Assembly (NCBI GenBank): GCA_963822445.1
Contig: CAWGHO010000003.1
Span: 1,120,001 to 1,184,000, forward strand
Length of the DNA: 64,000 nucleotides
Source: an uncultured Acidobacteriota bacterium
GTDB taxonomy: Bacteria > Acidobacteriota > Thermoanaerobaculia > Gp7-AA8
Reading direction: 5' to 3'
The notes beneath the pieces were generated by a model. That model was not told the origin of the DNA, did not search any database, and saw nothing but the letters and a program-made list of their open reading frames with translations. Within the stretch, counting starts at the first letter, position 1. The number at the start of each line of letters is the position of its first letter. This document shows, one piece after another, positions 29,945 through 39,959 of the stretch. Made by a program: the position numbers and the translations under genes.

Positions 29945-30351
29945 CCCAGCACATCACCATCTATTCACTGACCGACGTGAGACCGGACATTGCCAGCGTC
30001 TGGAGAGACGACCAGGTGCTCATGTGGGGCTTTGCGCCGGAATCCCGACTGGCGTGGCCCCCCGACTTTCTCGAGCCGATCCAGTTCACGAACGACAATC
30101 CGAATTACGCCCCGTGGCCCGGATCGAATCCGGTGCCGGTCGGTGCGAAGCCGGATGTCGGCCCGGATCGGCGGTTTTACATCGCCATGGCTCAGATGAT
30201 CATGCCGAACGGCGAGACCGCCATGTACAACTACACGATCAACGTGGTGGACGAGTTCAATAACCTTCAACGGGTCCAGGTGCATCGCACCAAGCCCGAC
30301 GGAACGGTTGAGGTAATCGACCCGGAAGTCGAGAACGAGCCCCAGCCGTGA
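29941..30351 (+). CDS. Small kinase-partner protein A (136 aa, ends DPEVENEPQP), DP-EP-like
   Basis: ATG overlaps the kinase stop (ATGA); AGGAGG SD; hidden inside the longer 29374 ORF call. Confidence 0.8.
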   Translation: MTQHITIYSLTDVRPDIASVWRDDQVLMWGFAPESRLAWPPDFLEPIQFTNDNPNYAPWPGSNPVPVGAKPDVGPDRRFYIAMAQMIMPNGETAMYNYTINVVDEFNNLQRVQVHRTKPDGTVEVIDPEVENEPQP

Positions 30352-30360
30352 CCTCGTGAT

Positions 30361-30389
30361 CGCAGGCCGGCGCCAATCGCCGGCCTGCG
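30361..30389 (+). terminator. GC-rich hairpin after partner A
   Basis: cgcaggccggcg-ccaat-cgccggcctgcg, 12-bp perfect stem, weak U-tract. Confidence 0.6.
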
Positions 30390-30408
30390 TCGTCTCTAGC
30401 ATCCCGAT

Positions 30409-30417
30409 TGCTATAAT
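30409..30417 (+). promoter_or_regulatory. Extended -10 promoter (TGcTATAAT) of kinase copy 3
   Basis: tcccgattgctataatcgccgcggg, nearly identical to the copy 2 context. Confidence 0.75.
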
Positions 30418-30451
30418 CGCCGCGGGTCTAATAACCAAAAACGGTCGGAAT

Positions 30452-32956
30452 ATGGAGCTCATCGGACGGCAGTTCGGTCATATCCGTGTCACTGAAGTAA
30501 TCGGTGAAGGCGGTATGGGCGCGGTGTACGCCGGCCACGACGAGAAGCTCGACCGCAAGGTCGCCCTCAAAGTTCTTCATGCCGATCAGCGCCTCGACGA
30601 AGAGGCCCGGGACCGGCTGTTGCGTGAGGCCCGCGCGCTCTCCAAGGTCGACCACCCGAACATCTGCCGCATCCACGATTACATCGAGACCGGCGACGTC
30701 GATCTACTCGTGCTCGAGTACATCGACGGGCGCACGCTGCAGGCCGCGATCGACAACGGGCTGGCGCACACGGAGAAATTGCGCATCGCTCTCGCCGTCG
30801 CGGAAGTGCTGGTTCGCGCTCACCGTGCCGGCATCGTTCATCGCGATCTCAAGCCGGAAAATGTGATGCTCACGAAAACCGGCGAGGTGAAGGTCCTCGA
30901 TTTCGGACTCGCGCGCTGGCTGCACCGCGGCCGTAAGTCCTCCGACAGCCATCAGGCCGCCCCGTCGCTCCTGCGTGTGGACCCGACCAAAGACTCCGGC
31001 TCCGCTGACATATCGCTCGGCGAGACGACGGCCATGCCCTCGGCCCGTCCTTCCGACATCTTCCCGAGCGGACGCCGCGAGTTCCTGGCCACCGCCGCCG
31101 GCATCACCCTCGGCACACCGCTCTACATGAGTCCCGAACAGGCACGCGGCGAGGCTCTGACGCCGGCCAGCGACATGTTCTCGTTCGGTCTGCTTCTGCA
31201 GGTGCTCTTCACCGGCAAGGAACCGCATGGCGACGTCATGAGCGCGCGCGAGGTGATCCTGCGCGTCGCGCGCGGCGAGACCAATCCCGTCGAAGGCGCG
31301 CCGAAAGACATCGCCGCGCTGATCAATCAGCTGAAGATGTTCGCCCCCGCGGACCGACCCACGGCCGTGCAGATGGTGGAGCGGCTGCGCTTCCAGATTG
31401 ACAAACCGCAGCGCATCGCCCGCCGCTCCATCGCCGGTGGCGTCGCGGTGATGATGCTGTTCGGCGGCTGGCGCTACACGGTCGATCTCGATCGCGAGCG
31501 GGCGAAGGCCATCGAGCAGAAAACGGTCGCGCAGGAGGAAAAGGCCAAGGCCGAGGACCTGATCAACTTCATGGTCGACGACCTGCGGAAAAAACTCACC
31601 GTGGTCGGCCGGCTGGACGTACTGGAAGCGCCGAGCGAGAAGGTCCTGCAATACGTGCAGCGGCTGCGGCCCGACGCGATGTCCATCGACGAGATCGCCC
31701 GCCACGCGAAAGTCCTCAATCAGCTCGGGGAAGTGAAGCTGGGACTCGGAAAAACGCCCGAGGCCATCGATTTCTTCAAAAAATCACTCCTCTTGAGTGA
31801 AACGGCCATGAAGCGCGACCCGCGCAGCACCGAGGCGCTCATGGTGTACGGCAACTCGCATTTCTGGATCGGCAACAGCCACCGGCTGAAGGGCGATCTG
31901 AACGAAGCATTGACCCACATGCGCGAGTACATGAAGGCCGGTGACACGCTCGTCGAGATCGATCCATTGAAGAAAGAGAACCAGCTCGAGCGGGCGTATG
32001 GGCATGCGGGAGTGGCGGTAATACTCGAAAGCAAGGGCGACCTTGCCGGAGCGCTGCGGCATTATGAGCAGGCTCGCGAGGTCAAACACGAGCTCGCCCG
32101 TCGCGATCCTGCCGATCTGGAAGCGCAGGCGGAGTTGGCGCGCGCTTACAACAAGGTGGCCGTGCTGTTGTACAAGAAGGGTGATCTCCGCGGCGCCCTC
32201 GACTACTCGCAGCGCGAGGTCGAGATTTACCGCCGGCTTGTCTCGCAGGAACCGAAACAGGCCATCTGGAAGCGCCGCCTGTCGAACAGCGTCACCTATC
32301 TGGCGCGGACGCTCAGCCATACCGGAAACAGCGACGCGGCGCGGGCGATGTTCGAGGAAGCGCTGACGATGAATCGCGCCATCGCGGCGCTCGATCCGGC
32401 CAATGTCGAATGGCAGCGCAACGTCGCCATGTCCCTTCGCTGGCTCGCGAGCGAACACTCAGACCGCGGCGATCGCTCCGAGGCCCTGAAACTGTGCCGC
32501 GAAGCGGTTGAGATCATCGTTGACGTCGTCAAGCGCGACCCCTCGCGCACTGGATTCGTCATCGATTCGATGAATGTGAAGACTGACTATGCGCGGCTGC
32601 TTGCGGAGCAAGGCGATCCGCGCGGAATGGCGATGCTTCGGGAAGTTCTGACGGGGCTGGAGGCGGTTGCGAAAGACCGCATGACGCGTTACCAGGCCGG
32701 CCGGTGCGCGGTCATTCTCGGCGAGCTGTCATTGAAGAAAGATCGTGCCGCCGCGGCGGCCGCATTCGATCGCGCAGCCCGCCACATGGAACCGATCGTG
32801 GAACAGACGACGCATCCGGACGAGATGGCCATTTGGACCCGGCTTTTGATCCATCAAAAGCGCTTGCCTGAAGCTCGCGCGAGCCTCGCTCGCTTGCGCG
32901 GTACCGGCTACGCCACCACTCAGCTTGAACAGCTCTGCTCCGAGCACGGATGCTAG
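30452..32956 (+). CDS. Ser/Thr protein kinase-TM-TPR receptor, copy 3
   Basis: Start reassigned to [13 protein letters not shown] by alignment with paralogues; [16 protein letters not shown]; TM; TPRs. Confidence 0.92.
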   Translation: MELIGRQFGHIRVTEVIGEGGMGAVYAGHDEKLDRKVALKVLHADQRLDEEARDRLLREARALSKVDHPNICRIHDYIETGDVDLLVLEYIDGRTLQAAIDNGLAHTEKLRIALAVAEVLVRAHRAGIVHRDLKPENVMLTKTGEVKVLDFGLARWLHRGRKSSDSHQAAPSLLRVDPTKDSGSADISLGETTAMPSARPSDIFPSGRREFLATAAGITLGTPLYMSPEQARGEALTPASDMFSFGLLLQVLFTGKEPHGDVMSAREVILRVARGETNPVEGAPKDIAALINQLKMFAPADRPTAVQMVERLRFQIDKPQRIARRSIAGGVAVMMLFGGWRYTVDLDRERAKAIEQKTVAQEEKAKAEDLINFMVDDLRKKLTVVGRLDVLEAPSEKVLQYVQRLRPDAMSIDEIARHAKVLNQLGEVKLGLGKTPEAIDFFKKSLLLSETAMKRDPRSTEALMVYGNSHFWIGNSHRLKGDLNEALTHMREYMKAGDTLVEIDPLKKENQLERAYGHAGVAVILESKGDLAGALRHYEQAREVKHELARRDPADLEAQAELARAYNKVAVLLYKKGDLRGALDYSQREVEIYRRLVSQEPKQAIWKRRLSNSVTYLARTLSHTGNSDAARAMFEEALTMNRAIAALDPANVEWQRNVAMSLRWLASEHSDRGDRSEALKLCREAVEIIVDVVKRDPSRTGFVIDSMNVKTDYARLLAEQGDPRGMAMLREVLTGLEAVAKDRMTRYQAGRCAVILGELSLKKDRAAAAAAFDRAARHMEPIVEQTTHPDEMAIWTRLLIHQKRLPEARASLARLRGTGYATTQLEQLCSEHGC

Positions 32957-32983
32957 CAGGGAGAGAAAATTAGGGAGGAAATC

Positions 32984-33454
32984 ATGTCCAACGGAGTCAA
33001 CACATTTCCGGTCAACGTCTCCTGCAATTCAGGCAGTACCAGCGCAAATCCACCGAAGTTACCCGTGAAGCGTGCCCAGGGCACCGCGATCACGATCAAC
33101 TGGAACGCTCAGGGCGGCAGCACGTTCCCGGAGTCAGGGTTCTTCAGTTGGAAGAACAGCACCAACCCCGGCATCCTGCCGACGCGCAGCAGCGACGGGA
33201 CGACATTGACGCTGAACTACAACATCCCCGGGTCCGTGAACTGGGCGTACAACATCACCTTGTCGGGATGCGCAACCCAGGATCCCGAAATCGATAATGA
33301 GGTGCCTCCTGGTGAGGAAGAAGTGATCCCGCCGAAAAACCCGCCCGGACAGCAGGGACCCGGCGGCCCGACGGGTGGTGGAAACGTCGGCGGTGGTCAG
33401 CCCGGCGGCGGCCAGACCGGTGGCAGTCAGAACGACCCGGCCAAATCTGATTGA
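32984..33454 (+). CDS. Small kinase-partner protein B (156 aa, DPEIDNEVPP plus Gly/Pro/Gln tail), DP-EP-like
   Basis: GGGAGG SD, 27 nt after the kinase stop; beta-rich composition. Confidence 0.82.
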   Translation: MSNGVNTFPVNVSCNSGSTSANPPKLPVKRAQGTAITINWNAQGGSTFPESGFFSWKNSTNPGILPTRSSDGTTLTLNYNIPGSVNWAYNITLSGCATQDPEIDNEVPPGEEEVIPPKNPPGQQGPGGPTGGGNVGGGQPGGGQTGGSQNDPAKSD

Positions 33455-34251
33455 TGCGTGATCCTCGGGCCGGCGGAAACGCCGGCCCTGTTTCGTTTGT
33501 GGAGCGCGGTCTCGAAGAGTGCTTCCGCACGTTCGCCGCGCTTCCGGGTGCCGTCGTCGAGGATCGCGACGATGTTCTGGCCGTGCGTACCGATCTTCCG
33601 CTCACGTTTCTGAACGGCATCTCGCGCACGGCATTCGCCGCTGACGCGAACGAGCGCGTTCGCGAGACGGCGGCTTGGTTTCGCGATCGTGGAACGCCGT
33701 TTCGATGGTGGCTCACGCCGTCGGTCGAGCCGCCGGATCTCATTCGCGTGCTCGCTGCGAATGGGTTGCGGCATTTTTATTACGCGACGGGGATGGCAGC
33801 GGACATCAGCGACGGTGGTCCAGTTCGGGAAGTAACTGGTCTTTCCATCGTTCGCGTGAAGGACGGACGAACGCTGTCGACGTGGGTCGATGTATTCGCG
33901 GAAGTCTTCTCGTTGTCGGAGAAGGCGAAAGGCGTCTGGTACGACGTCTACTCGCGCCTCGACACCTGGCGTCACTTCCTTGCCATGCTCGACGGCAGGC
34001 CCGTGGCCACGACTTCGCTCTGTCTTGGCGGTGAGGTCGGAGGCATCTTCCACGTGGGGACGTTGCCCGAAGCGCGCGGGCGGGGAGTGGGTGCGGCGGT
34101 CACCGCCGCGGCGATGCGCGAAGCAGCGGACACGGGATGCACGGTCGCGGCGCTGCAGTCATCGGAGATGGCGGTGAACGTCTACCGTTCGATCGGCTTC
34201 GAAGTCTGCTGCGAGCTCGAGTTGTACGACTGGAAGCCCGAGTACGACTGA
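33454..34251 (+). CDS. GNAT-family acetyltransferase
   Basis: VGTLPEARGRGVGAAV acetyl-CoA motif A, VYRSIGF; TGATG overlap with partner B. Confidence 0.88.
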   Translation: MRDPRAGGNAGPVSFVERGLEECFRTFAALPGAVVEDRDDVLAVRTDLPLTFLNGISRTAFAADANERVRETAAWFRDRGTPFRWWLTPSVEPPDLIRVLAANGLRHFYYATGMAADISDGGPVREVTGLSIVRVKDGRTLSTWVDVFAEVFSLSEKAKGVWYDVYSRLDTWRHFLAMLDGRPVATTSLCLGGEVGGIFHVGTLPEARGRGVGAAVTAAAMREAADTGCTVAALQSSEMAVNVYRSIGFEVCCELELYDWKPEYD

Positions 34252-34253
34252 GG

Positions 34254-35552
34254 CTACTCGCCGCCTTCGTCGCCACCGCCGAGGAGATGCTTCCCGCGAT
34301 TTCCCGGGAGTTGCTCGGTGTGCTGGCGCGCGCCACCGCGGCGGCGACGGCGGCGTCGCGGCCCTTTCGGCGTCATCGCCGGCGCGTCATCGTCGGCATC
34401 AACCACTGCAGGCGCGGGTGGCGCAGGTGGACGCGGTTCAGCTTTCTTCGCGCCGCGATCGTTGAGCTTGTCCTCGTCGAGCAGCCATACCCACTGCGTA
34501 TCGGGCACTGCGGCCGCTGGAGCGGCCACCTCGGCCACAGGCCTTTCGCGGCGCGGCTCGCGCTCGCGACGCGGATGCTGCGGCTGCTGTTGCTGCTGCG
34601 GACGCCGCGCGACCGCCGGCGACTCGAGCCGCTTCACCCGAATCAGCACATCCTCGGTGAGCCGGCGATTCACGGCGATCAGATCCGCGAGCAGCGCGAT
34701 CAGCCAGGTGTGAAATCCGGTGATCAGAAACACAGCCGCCAGAATCAGCGACTGAATGTGGCCGCCGCGCTCGCCCTGGAAGAAGTACCAGAGGAAACGC
34801 GCGCCGAGGATCATGCCGAGGAGCATCAGGACCGAGCCGATGGCGAAGAAGGTCTTGAGCGGACGGTAGAGCGTGTAGATGCGGAAGATGGTGGCCATCG
34901 ACTTGCGCATGTACGTGCCGATGCCGCTGTACAAACGCGAAGGGCGCGTCGGCGCGTTCGTGCGCACGCTCACGCTCTGCACGCCGAGGTTGCGGTTGCC
35001 GGCCTGTATGACCGTCTCCAGCGTGTAGGTGAACGGATTGAAGACGTTGATCTGCATCGCCGCTTCGCGCGTGAACGCGCGGAAACCGCTGGTGACGTCC
35101 GCGACGCTGAGTCCCGAGGCCTTGCCGACCGTCCAGCTGCCCATGCGTTGCAGCATCCGCTTGAGCGGCGACATGTGCGGCGATTTCGACACCTCGCGAT
35201 CGCCGATCACCACTTCCGCCGTGCCTTTCACGATCGGGTTGACCAGGCGGACGATGTCCGCGGCCACGTACTGATTGTCGGCGTCGGTGTTGACGATGAT
35301 GTCCGCGCCGAGGCGCAGCGCGGCGTCGATTCCGGCGACGAATGCCGAGGAGAGGCCGCGGTGGCTCTTGAGCTGGAGCACGTGGTTCGCGCCGGCCTTG
35401 CGCGCGGCCTCGGCGGTCTTGTCGGAGGACCCGTCATCGATGACCAGGGTCTCGATCGAAGTCACGCCGTCGATTTTCTTCGGCAGGTCGCGCAGGGCCT
35501 GCGCGATGGTCGCCTCTTCGTTGTAAGCAGGGATTTGAACGATAAGCTTCAT
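34254..35552 (-). CDS. GT2 glycosyltransferase (DPM synthase-like) with 2 TM and a disordered C-terminal tail
   Basis: IPAYNEE, IDDGSSD, NTDADNQY, DVTSGFRA. Confidence 0.9.
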   Translation of the reverse strand: MKLIVQIPAYNEEATIAQALRDLPKKIDGVTSIETLVIDDGSSDKTAEAARKAGANHVLQLKSHRGLSSAFVAGIDAALRLGADIIVNTDADNQYVAADIVRLVNPIVKGTAEVVIGDREVSKSPHMSPLKRMLQRMGSWTVGKASGLSVADVTSGFRAFTREAAMQINVFNPFTYTLETVIQAGNRNLGVQSVSVRTNAPTRPSRLYSGIGTYMRKSMATIFRIYTLYRPLKTFFAIGSVLMLLGMILGARFLWYFFQGERGGHIQSLILAAVFLITGFHTWLIALLADLIAVNRRLTEDVLIRVKRLESPAVARRPQQQQQPQHPRREREPRRERPVAEVAAPAAAVPDTQWVWLLDEDKLNDRGAKKAEPRPPAPPAPAVVDADDDAPAMTPKGPRRRRRRRGGARQHTEQLPGNRGKHLLGGGDEGGE

Positions 35553-35555
35553 TTA

Positions 35556-36500
35556 GTGAAAGTCGCAGTCATCATGCCGGTCGAACGTCTCGGCGGTGAG
35601 GCCGAGCGCGCCATCTCCTCGGTACTCAATCAGGAAGCGCCGTTTCCGTTCGAGCTGATTGTCGTGTCGGCGGCAGCGTTGAATTTGCCGGGAAATCTGC
35701 CTGCCGAAACCCGCGTACGAAACGTCCTCGAGCAGGATCGTAATCCCGCAACTCGAAGAAATCGAGCAGTTTCCGCCGTTTCGGCCGATGTGGAGGTCCT
35801 GGCCTTCGTCGATGACGACGCCGTGGCCGATCCGCGCTGGCTGGCGACGGCGGTCGCGTACCTCGATGCGAATCCGGACGTGCTCGCCATCGGAGGACCC
35901 GATCCGGCGCCTCCCGATTCGACGATTGCGGAGCTCATCTCGGACACGCTGCTGGCGACGCGGTGGATCGGCAGCGGCGTTGCGGCTCATGAGAATCGCC
36001 GTGGCATTTTCGACGTCACGCGCGCAAGCGACGTGGCCCTGGTCAATCTGTTCGTGCGACGCAACGCGTTCACTGGATTCGACGAGTCGATCGGCTACAT
36101 CGGCGAGGACACGAAGCTGATCGAAGAGCTGATGAAGCGCGGCCGGGTCGTGTATCACGACGGCGTGCGCGTCTTTCATCGCCGTCGCGCGTTTCCCGGA
36201 CCGTATCTCCGCCAGCGCTGGCGTTATCGCGTGAAGACCGGCCGCATGATCGCGACCGGGGAGCGGGCGCGCGATCCGCGCATCGATGCGTTTCTATTCG
36301 CGGGCTTCCTGGCGATCATCCTCGCGCCGTTCGTGATCATCCCGTACGCGATCCTCACCTTCATCCTCGGCGCGATGGCGACGCGGTTGCCGATGCGCTG
36401 GTGGCCGGTGATTCCGCTCGCCTTCGCGATGCATCACCTCACGTACTGGGTGGGCCTCGTGAGCGGAATCATGCAGGGATCTCAGCGCGCTCCACGTTGA
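35556..36500 (+). CDS. GT2 glycosyltransferase with C-terminal TM helices
   Basis: RRNRAV, AFVDDD, IGGP, GFDE..GEDT, VFHRRR; start reassigned to GTG 35556. Confidence 0.82.
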   Translation: MKVAVIMPVERLGGEAERAISSVLNQEAPFPFELIVVSAAALNLPGNLPAETRVRNVLEQDRNPATRRNRAVSAVSADVEVLAFVDDDAVADPRWLATAVAYLDANPDVLAIGGPDPAPPDSTIAELISDTLLATRWIGSGVAAHENRRGIFDVTRASDVALVNLFVRRNAFTGFDESIGYIGEDTKLIEELMKRGRVVYHDGVRVFHRRRAFPGPYLRQRWRYRVKTGRMIATGERARDPRIDAFLFAGFLAIILAPFVIIPYAILTFILGAMATRLPMRWWPVIPLAFAMHHLTYWVGLVSGIMQGSQRAPR

Positions 36501-37392
36501 ACATCACCTTCACCGCGTGATTCTTCCGCGGCAGCGGGACGATCTTCCGGAGCAGGGGATCGAAGTAGTCCTTGAGCATGGACGGGCGCGGGGCGGTGAG
36601 GTAGCGGTCGGGATACATGCGCACGCCTTCCGGCCCGACCACTTCCAGTTCCTCCCGGCGCGTGACTTTCTGCACGGCGCAGGGAACGTGCGTCACGCCG
36701 TGCTCGCGCAATGCGAAGACGCGATGACTGCCGTTGCCGAGGACCAGGCGATTCTCGACGTGCATGGCGTTGACGATGTTCGGGCCGTATCCGACGACCA
36801 GGCCGACGATCGACGTCACCGCCGCGGCCATCGGATTCACCAGCTGATCGGGATCGAGCAGGACCGGCTCGATGAACCGGAGATCGTTGGACGGCGACAC
36901 GAAGGTATAGGCGTTGGGCGCGGTCTTGAGCGCGCGCACCGGCGCGCGCTGCGGATTGACGGAGATGCAGGTGTGAAAGACGTCCTCGGCCGACGGGTTT
37001 TCGTCGAGCCGTTCGCGGATGCGGCGCACCTGGGAGAGGTTGATGTGCTTCTGGAAAACGACCAGGCGATCGAGCTCCACCATCGCGATCTCGGTCGACA
37101 CCATCTGGAACGCGCGGCGGAAGAGGGGAGTGGCCTTCGCACTTTCCGCCAGCGCCTCGAGCTCCGGAGGCAACGGTCCGGGCGCAGCACCGTCGGCGAT
37201 TCCGGCCTCGATGCGCTCCAGTTCGCGAATCCGATCGTTCGCGGTGCGCCATTCCGCCATCAGCTCCCCCTCGCTGTAACGCCTGGCGTCGACGGCGAGC
37301 GTGAGCACGGCGCCGATTACTTCAGTGACCGGCGGCCTGCCGAAGAGAAAGAGATGATCATCGGCCTCCTGGGCCGCGGGCGTCGTATTCAT
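36469..37392 (-). CDS. Hypothetical protein with a ParB/Srx-like G(S)HR motif
   Basis: LVLGNGSHRVFALREHGVTHVPC resembles the ParB/sulfiredoxin core. Confidence 0.7.
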   Translation of the reverse strand: MNTTPAAQEADDHLFLFGRPPVTEVIGAVLTLAVDARRYSEGELMAEWRTANDRIRELERIEAGIADGAAPGPLPPELEALAESAKATPLFRRAFQMVSTEIAMVELDRLVVFQKHINLSQVRRIRERLDENPSAEDVFHTCISVNPQRAPVRALKTAPNAYTFVSPSNDLRFIEPVLLDPDQLVNPMAAAVTSIVGLVVGYGPNIVNAMHVENRLVLGNGSHRVFALREHGVTHVPCAVQKVTRREELEVVGPEGVRMYPDRYLTAPRPSMLKDYFDPLLRKIVPLPRKNHAVKVMFNVERAEIPA

Positions 37393-37450
37393 TATGGGAA
37401 TTCCCGTTCCTTATTGTACGGAAGCACGGCGAAGAGGCGATAAGGAACTG

Positions 37451-37459
37451 TGCTAAAGT
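37451..37459 (+). promoter_or_regulatory. Extended -10-like element (TGcTAAAGT) of kinase copy 4
   Basis: Followed by cgggtcttaccaaatacaac, similar to the copy 2 leader cgggccttaccaccacacaac. Confidence 0.55.
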
Positions 37460-37502
37460 TTCGTCGGGTCTTACCAAATACAACTTCGGGGCTCCGCCAT
37501 CA

Positions 37503-39959
37503 ATGGACTTGATCGGCCAGCGGTTTCGCGACATTCGTGTTCTTGGCCTCATCGGCGAAGGAGCGATGGGCGCGGTCTACTCGGCGCACCACGAAACGCT
37601 CGATCGCAAAGTCGCGCTCAAGGCCCTCCACTTCGACGCCCGTCTCGATGAAGAAGCGCATCAGCGGATGTTGCGCGAGGCGCGCGCGCTGTCGAAGCTG
37701 GACCATCCGAACGCCTGCCGGATTTACGACTATCTGCGCGAAGCGGGTCAGGACCTGCTCGTGCTCGAGTACATCGACGGAAAGACGCTCGAGTCGGTGC
37801 GCGGAAATCTTTCCTACAAAGAGAAGCTGCGGGTGGCCGCGTCGATTGCCAGCGTTCTCGTGGCCGCGCACCGCGCGGGCATTGTCCATCGCGATCTCAA
37901 GCCCGAGAACGTGATGATGACCTCGTCGGGCGACGTGAAAGTGCTCGACTTCGGTCTCGCGCGGCTCATGCACATGCGCTCCGCCGGCGGATCGGGACCT
38001 CACGCCGTCGTGAATGACGTTCCCGACGCGTCGATGAAAGAAACGACGCCATCGTTCGGGGGCGGACGCGAATCGAAGCGCTCATTCCTGCTCACCGCGG
38101 CCGGCATCACCATGGGCACGCCGCTTTACATGAGTCCCGAACAGGCCCGCGGGGAGGCACTCACGCCGGCCAGCGACATGTACACGTTCGGCCTCGTGCT
38201 GCAGACGCTCTTCACGGGGATCGAGCCGCATCCCGAGCTTCTTTCGGCGCGTGAAGTGATCCTTCGGGCCGCGCGCAACGTGACCGAGCCGGTGCGCGGA
38301 ACGGATCGCGCCGTGATCGCGCTGATCGAGCATCTCAAGCAGACGGCACCGACCGACCGCCCCACGGCTGGTGAAACGCTGGCAAAGCTGAACTGGATCA
38401 TGGACCGGCCTAAACGCATCGGACGGCGTTCCGCGGCCGCGGCGCTCGTCCTGATCCTGGGTACGGGCACGTGGCGCTACACGGTCGATCTTGCGGAACA
38501 GCGCACGCTCGCCGTCAAGGCGCGCGCAGAAGCGGAGCATCGCAGAGGACAGGCCGAGGATCTGATCGACTTCATGGTGGACGACCTGCACAAGCAGCTC
38601 GTGCCGATTGGAAAGGTCGACATCCTCGACGAGGCCGCGGAACGGGCCATGGCCTACATGTCCTCCCAGCGACCGGAGCTGATGGCGGCCGACGAACTGG
38701 CTCACAACGCCACCGCGCTGCACAACGTCGGCAAGGTACGCGGCAGCCAGGGAAAGCGCGCCGAAGCCCTCAAAGCCTTCCAGCAGTCGCTGATCCTCGC
38801 CAATGCGGCCGTGAAGAAAGAGCCGTCGAATCTCCAGGCGCTGTTCACGCTGGGGCAGTCGCAGTTCTGGGTCGGTGAGACCCACCGGCGAATGGGCAAC
38901 AAGCAGGTGGCTCTGGCGAAGATGAAGGACTACCTGGCGACGTCGGAGCGTCTCGCGCGCGCGGCGCCCGCGAATCAGGAGTACCAGGTCGAGCTGGCCT
39001 ACGGTTACAGCAACGTCGGGAGCATGCTCCAGGTCGACAAGGACTACGACGGCGCGCTCGTCAACTACCAGCGCTGTCTCGCCATCAAGCAGGGGCGCCT
39101 TCGAACGGACCCGTCGAACCGCGAGTGGCAGGCCGACCTCGCCACGACCATCAACAAGTTGGCCTTCGCCAATCAGAGCAAAGGCGATCTCGTACAGGCC
39201 CGCATCCACTTCGAGGAAGAGAATCGGATCCTCAAGAAGCTCGTCAGCGAGAAGTCCGATCACGCACCGTGGCGTAACCGACTGGTCACCAGCCACTGGT
39301 ATCTGGCGGGCCTGCTCAACGATCTGGGGGAAGTGGACGAGGCGGCGGCGAAGCTCGCGGCGGCGCTCGAGGATGCGGAGAGGCTTGTGAAGCTCGACGG
39401 GGCGAACACACTCTGGCGCCGCAATCTGATCGTCAGCCTGGCAAACCTCGGCAACACCGAGCGCATGCGCGGCAATCTCGCCGAGGCACGGCGGCTGCTC
39501 GAGCGCGTGCGTCCGCTGCAGCGCGAGCTCGAGCGCGACGCGCCGGAGATGAAGGAATGGCGCACAGACGCGCCGATGATCGACCTCTGGCTGGCGATGA
39601 CGCTCTACGAATCCAACGAGCTCGCCGCCGCGGAACAACTGGCAGTGCGGACCGTCGGCGCACTGCGGGAACCTGAGCTCACCGCCGATGCGCACCTGCT
39701 TCTGGGGCAGATCGCCGCCAGACAGCGGCGTCCCGAGGATGCTCGCGCGCATTGGCAGCTCGCCGCGGACGCGGTGGGGGAGAGCAAGGGCCTGCGGGTT
39801 GCGGATCGCCGCGCGCGAGCCCTGCTCGTTTCCGGAAAGACCACAGAAGCGCAGCCAATCCTGGACTGGCTGCGGGAAGCGCGGTACGCCAACAGGGATC
39901 TCACGACCGTAGTCGCTTCAATCAATGGTTCGAGCAGAAAGAGAGGAATGAGCTCATGA
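37503..39959 (+). CDS. Ser/Thr protein kinase-TM-TPR receptor, copy 4
   Basis: [30 protein letters not shown]; TM; [20 protein letters not shown]; TPRs. Confidence 0.92.
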   Translation: MDLIGQRFRDIRVLGLIGEGAMGAVYSAHHETLDRKVALKALHFDARLDEEAHQRMLREARALSKLDHPNACRIYDYLREAGQDLLVLEYIDGKTLESVRGNLSYKEKLRVAASIASVLVAAHRAGIVHRDLKPENVMMTSSGDVKVLDFGLARLMHMRSAGGSGPHAVVNDVPDASMKETTPSFGGGRESKRSFLLTAAGITMGTPLYMSPEQARGEALTPASDMYTFGLVLQTLFTGIEPHPELLSAREVILRAARNVTEPVRGTDRAVIALIEHLKQTAPTDRPTAGETLAKLNWIMDRPKRIGRRSAAAALVLILGTGTWRYTVDLAEQRTLAVKARAEAEHRRGQAEDLIDFMVDDLHKQLVPIGKVDILDEAAERAMAYMSSQRPELMAADELAHNATALHNVGKVRGSQGKRAEALKAFQQSLILANAAVKKEPSNLQALFTLGQSQFWVGETHRRMGNKQVALAKMKDYLATSERLARAAPANQEYQVELAYGYSNVGSMLQVDKDYDGALVNYQRCLAIKQGRLRTDPSNREWQADLATTINKLAFANQSKGDLVQARIHFEEENRILKKLVSEKSDHAPWRNRLVTSHWYLAGLLNDLGEVDEAAAKLAAALEDAERLVKLDGANTLWRRNLIVSLANLGNTERMRGNLAEARRLLERVRPLQRELERDAPEMKEWRTDAPMIDLWLAMTLYESNELAAAEQLAVRTVGALREPELTADAHLLLGQIAARQRRPEDARAHWQLAADAVGESKGLRVADRRARALLVSGKTTEAQPILDWLREARYANRDLTTVVASINGSSRKRGMSS

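Noticed and set aside
24960-32956. Tandem kinases as an assembly duplication artefact
   Set aside because: The copies differ throughout, with synonymous changes, different loops and different TPR regions and partners
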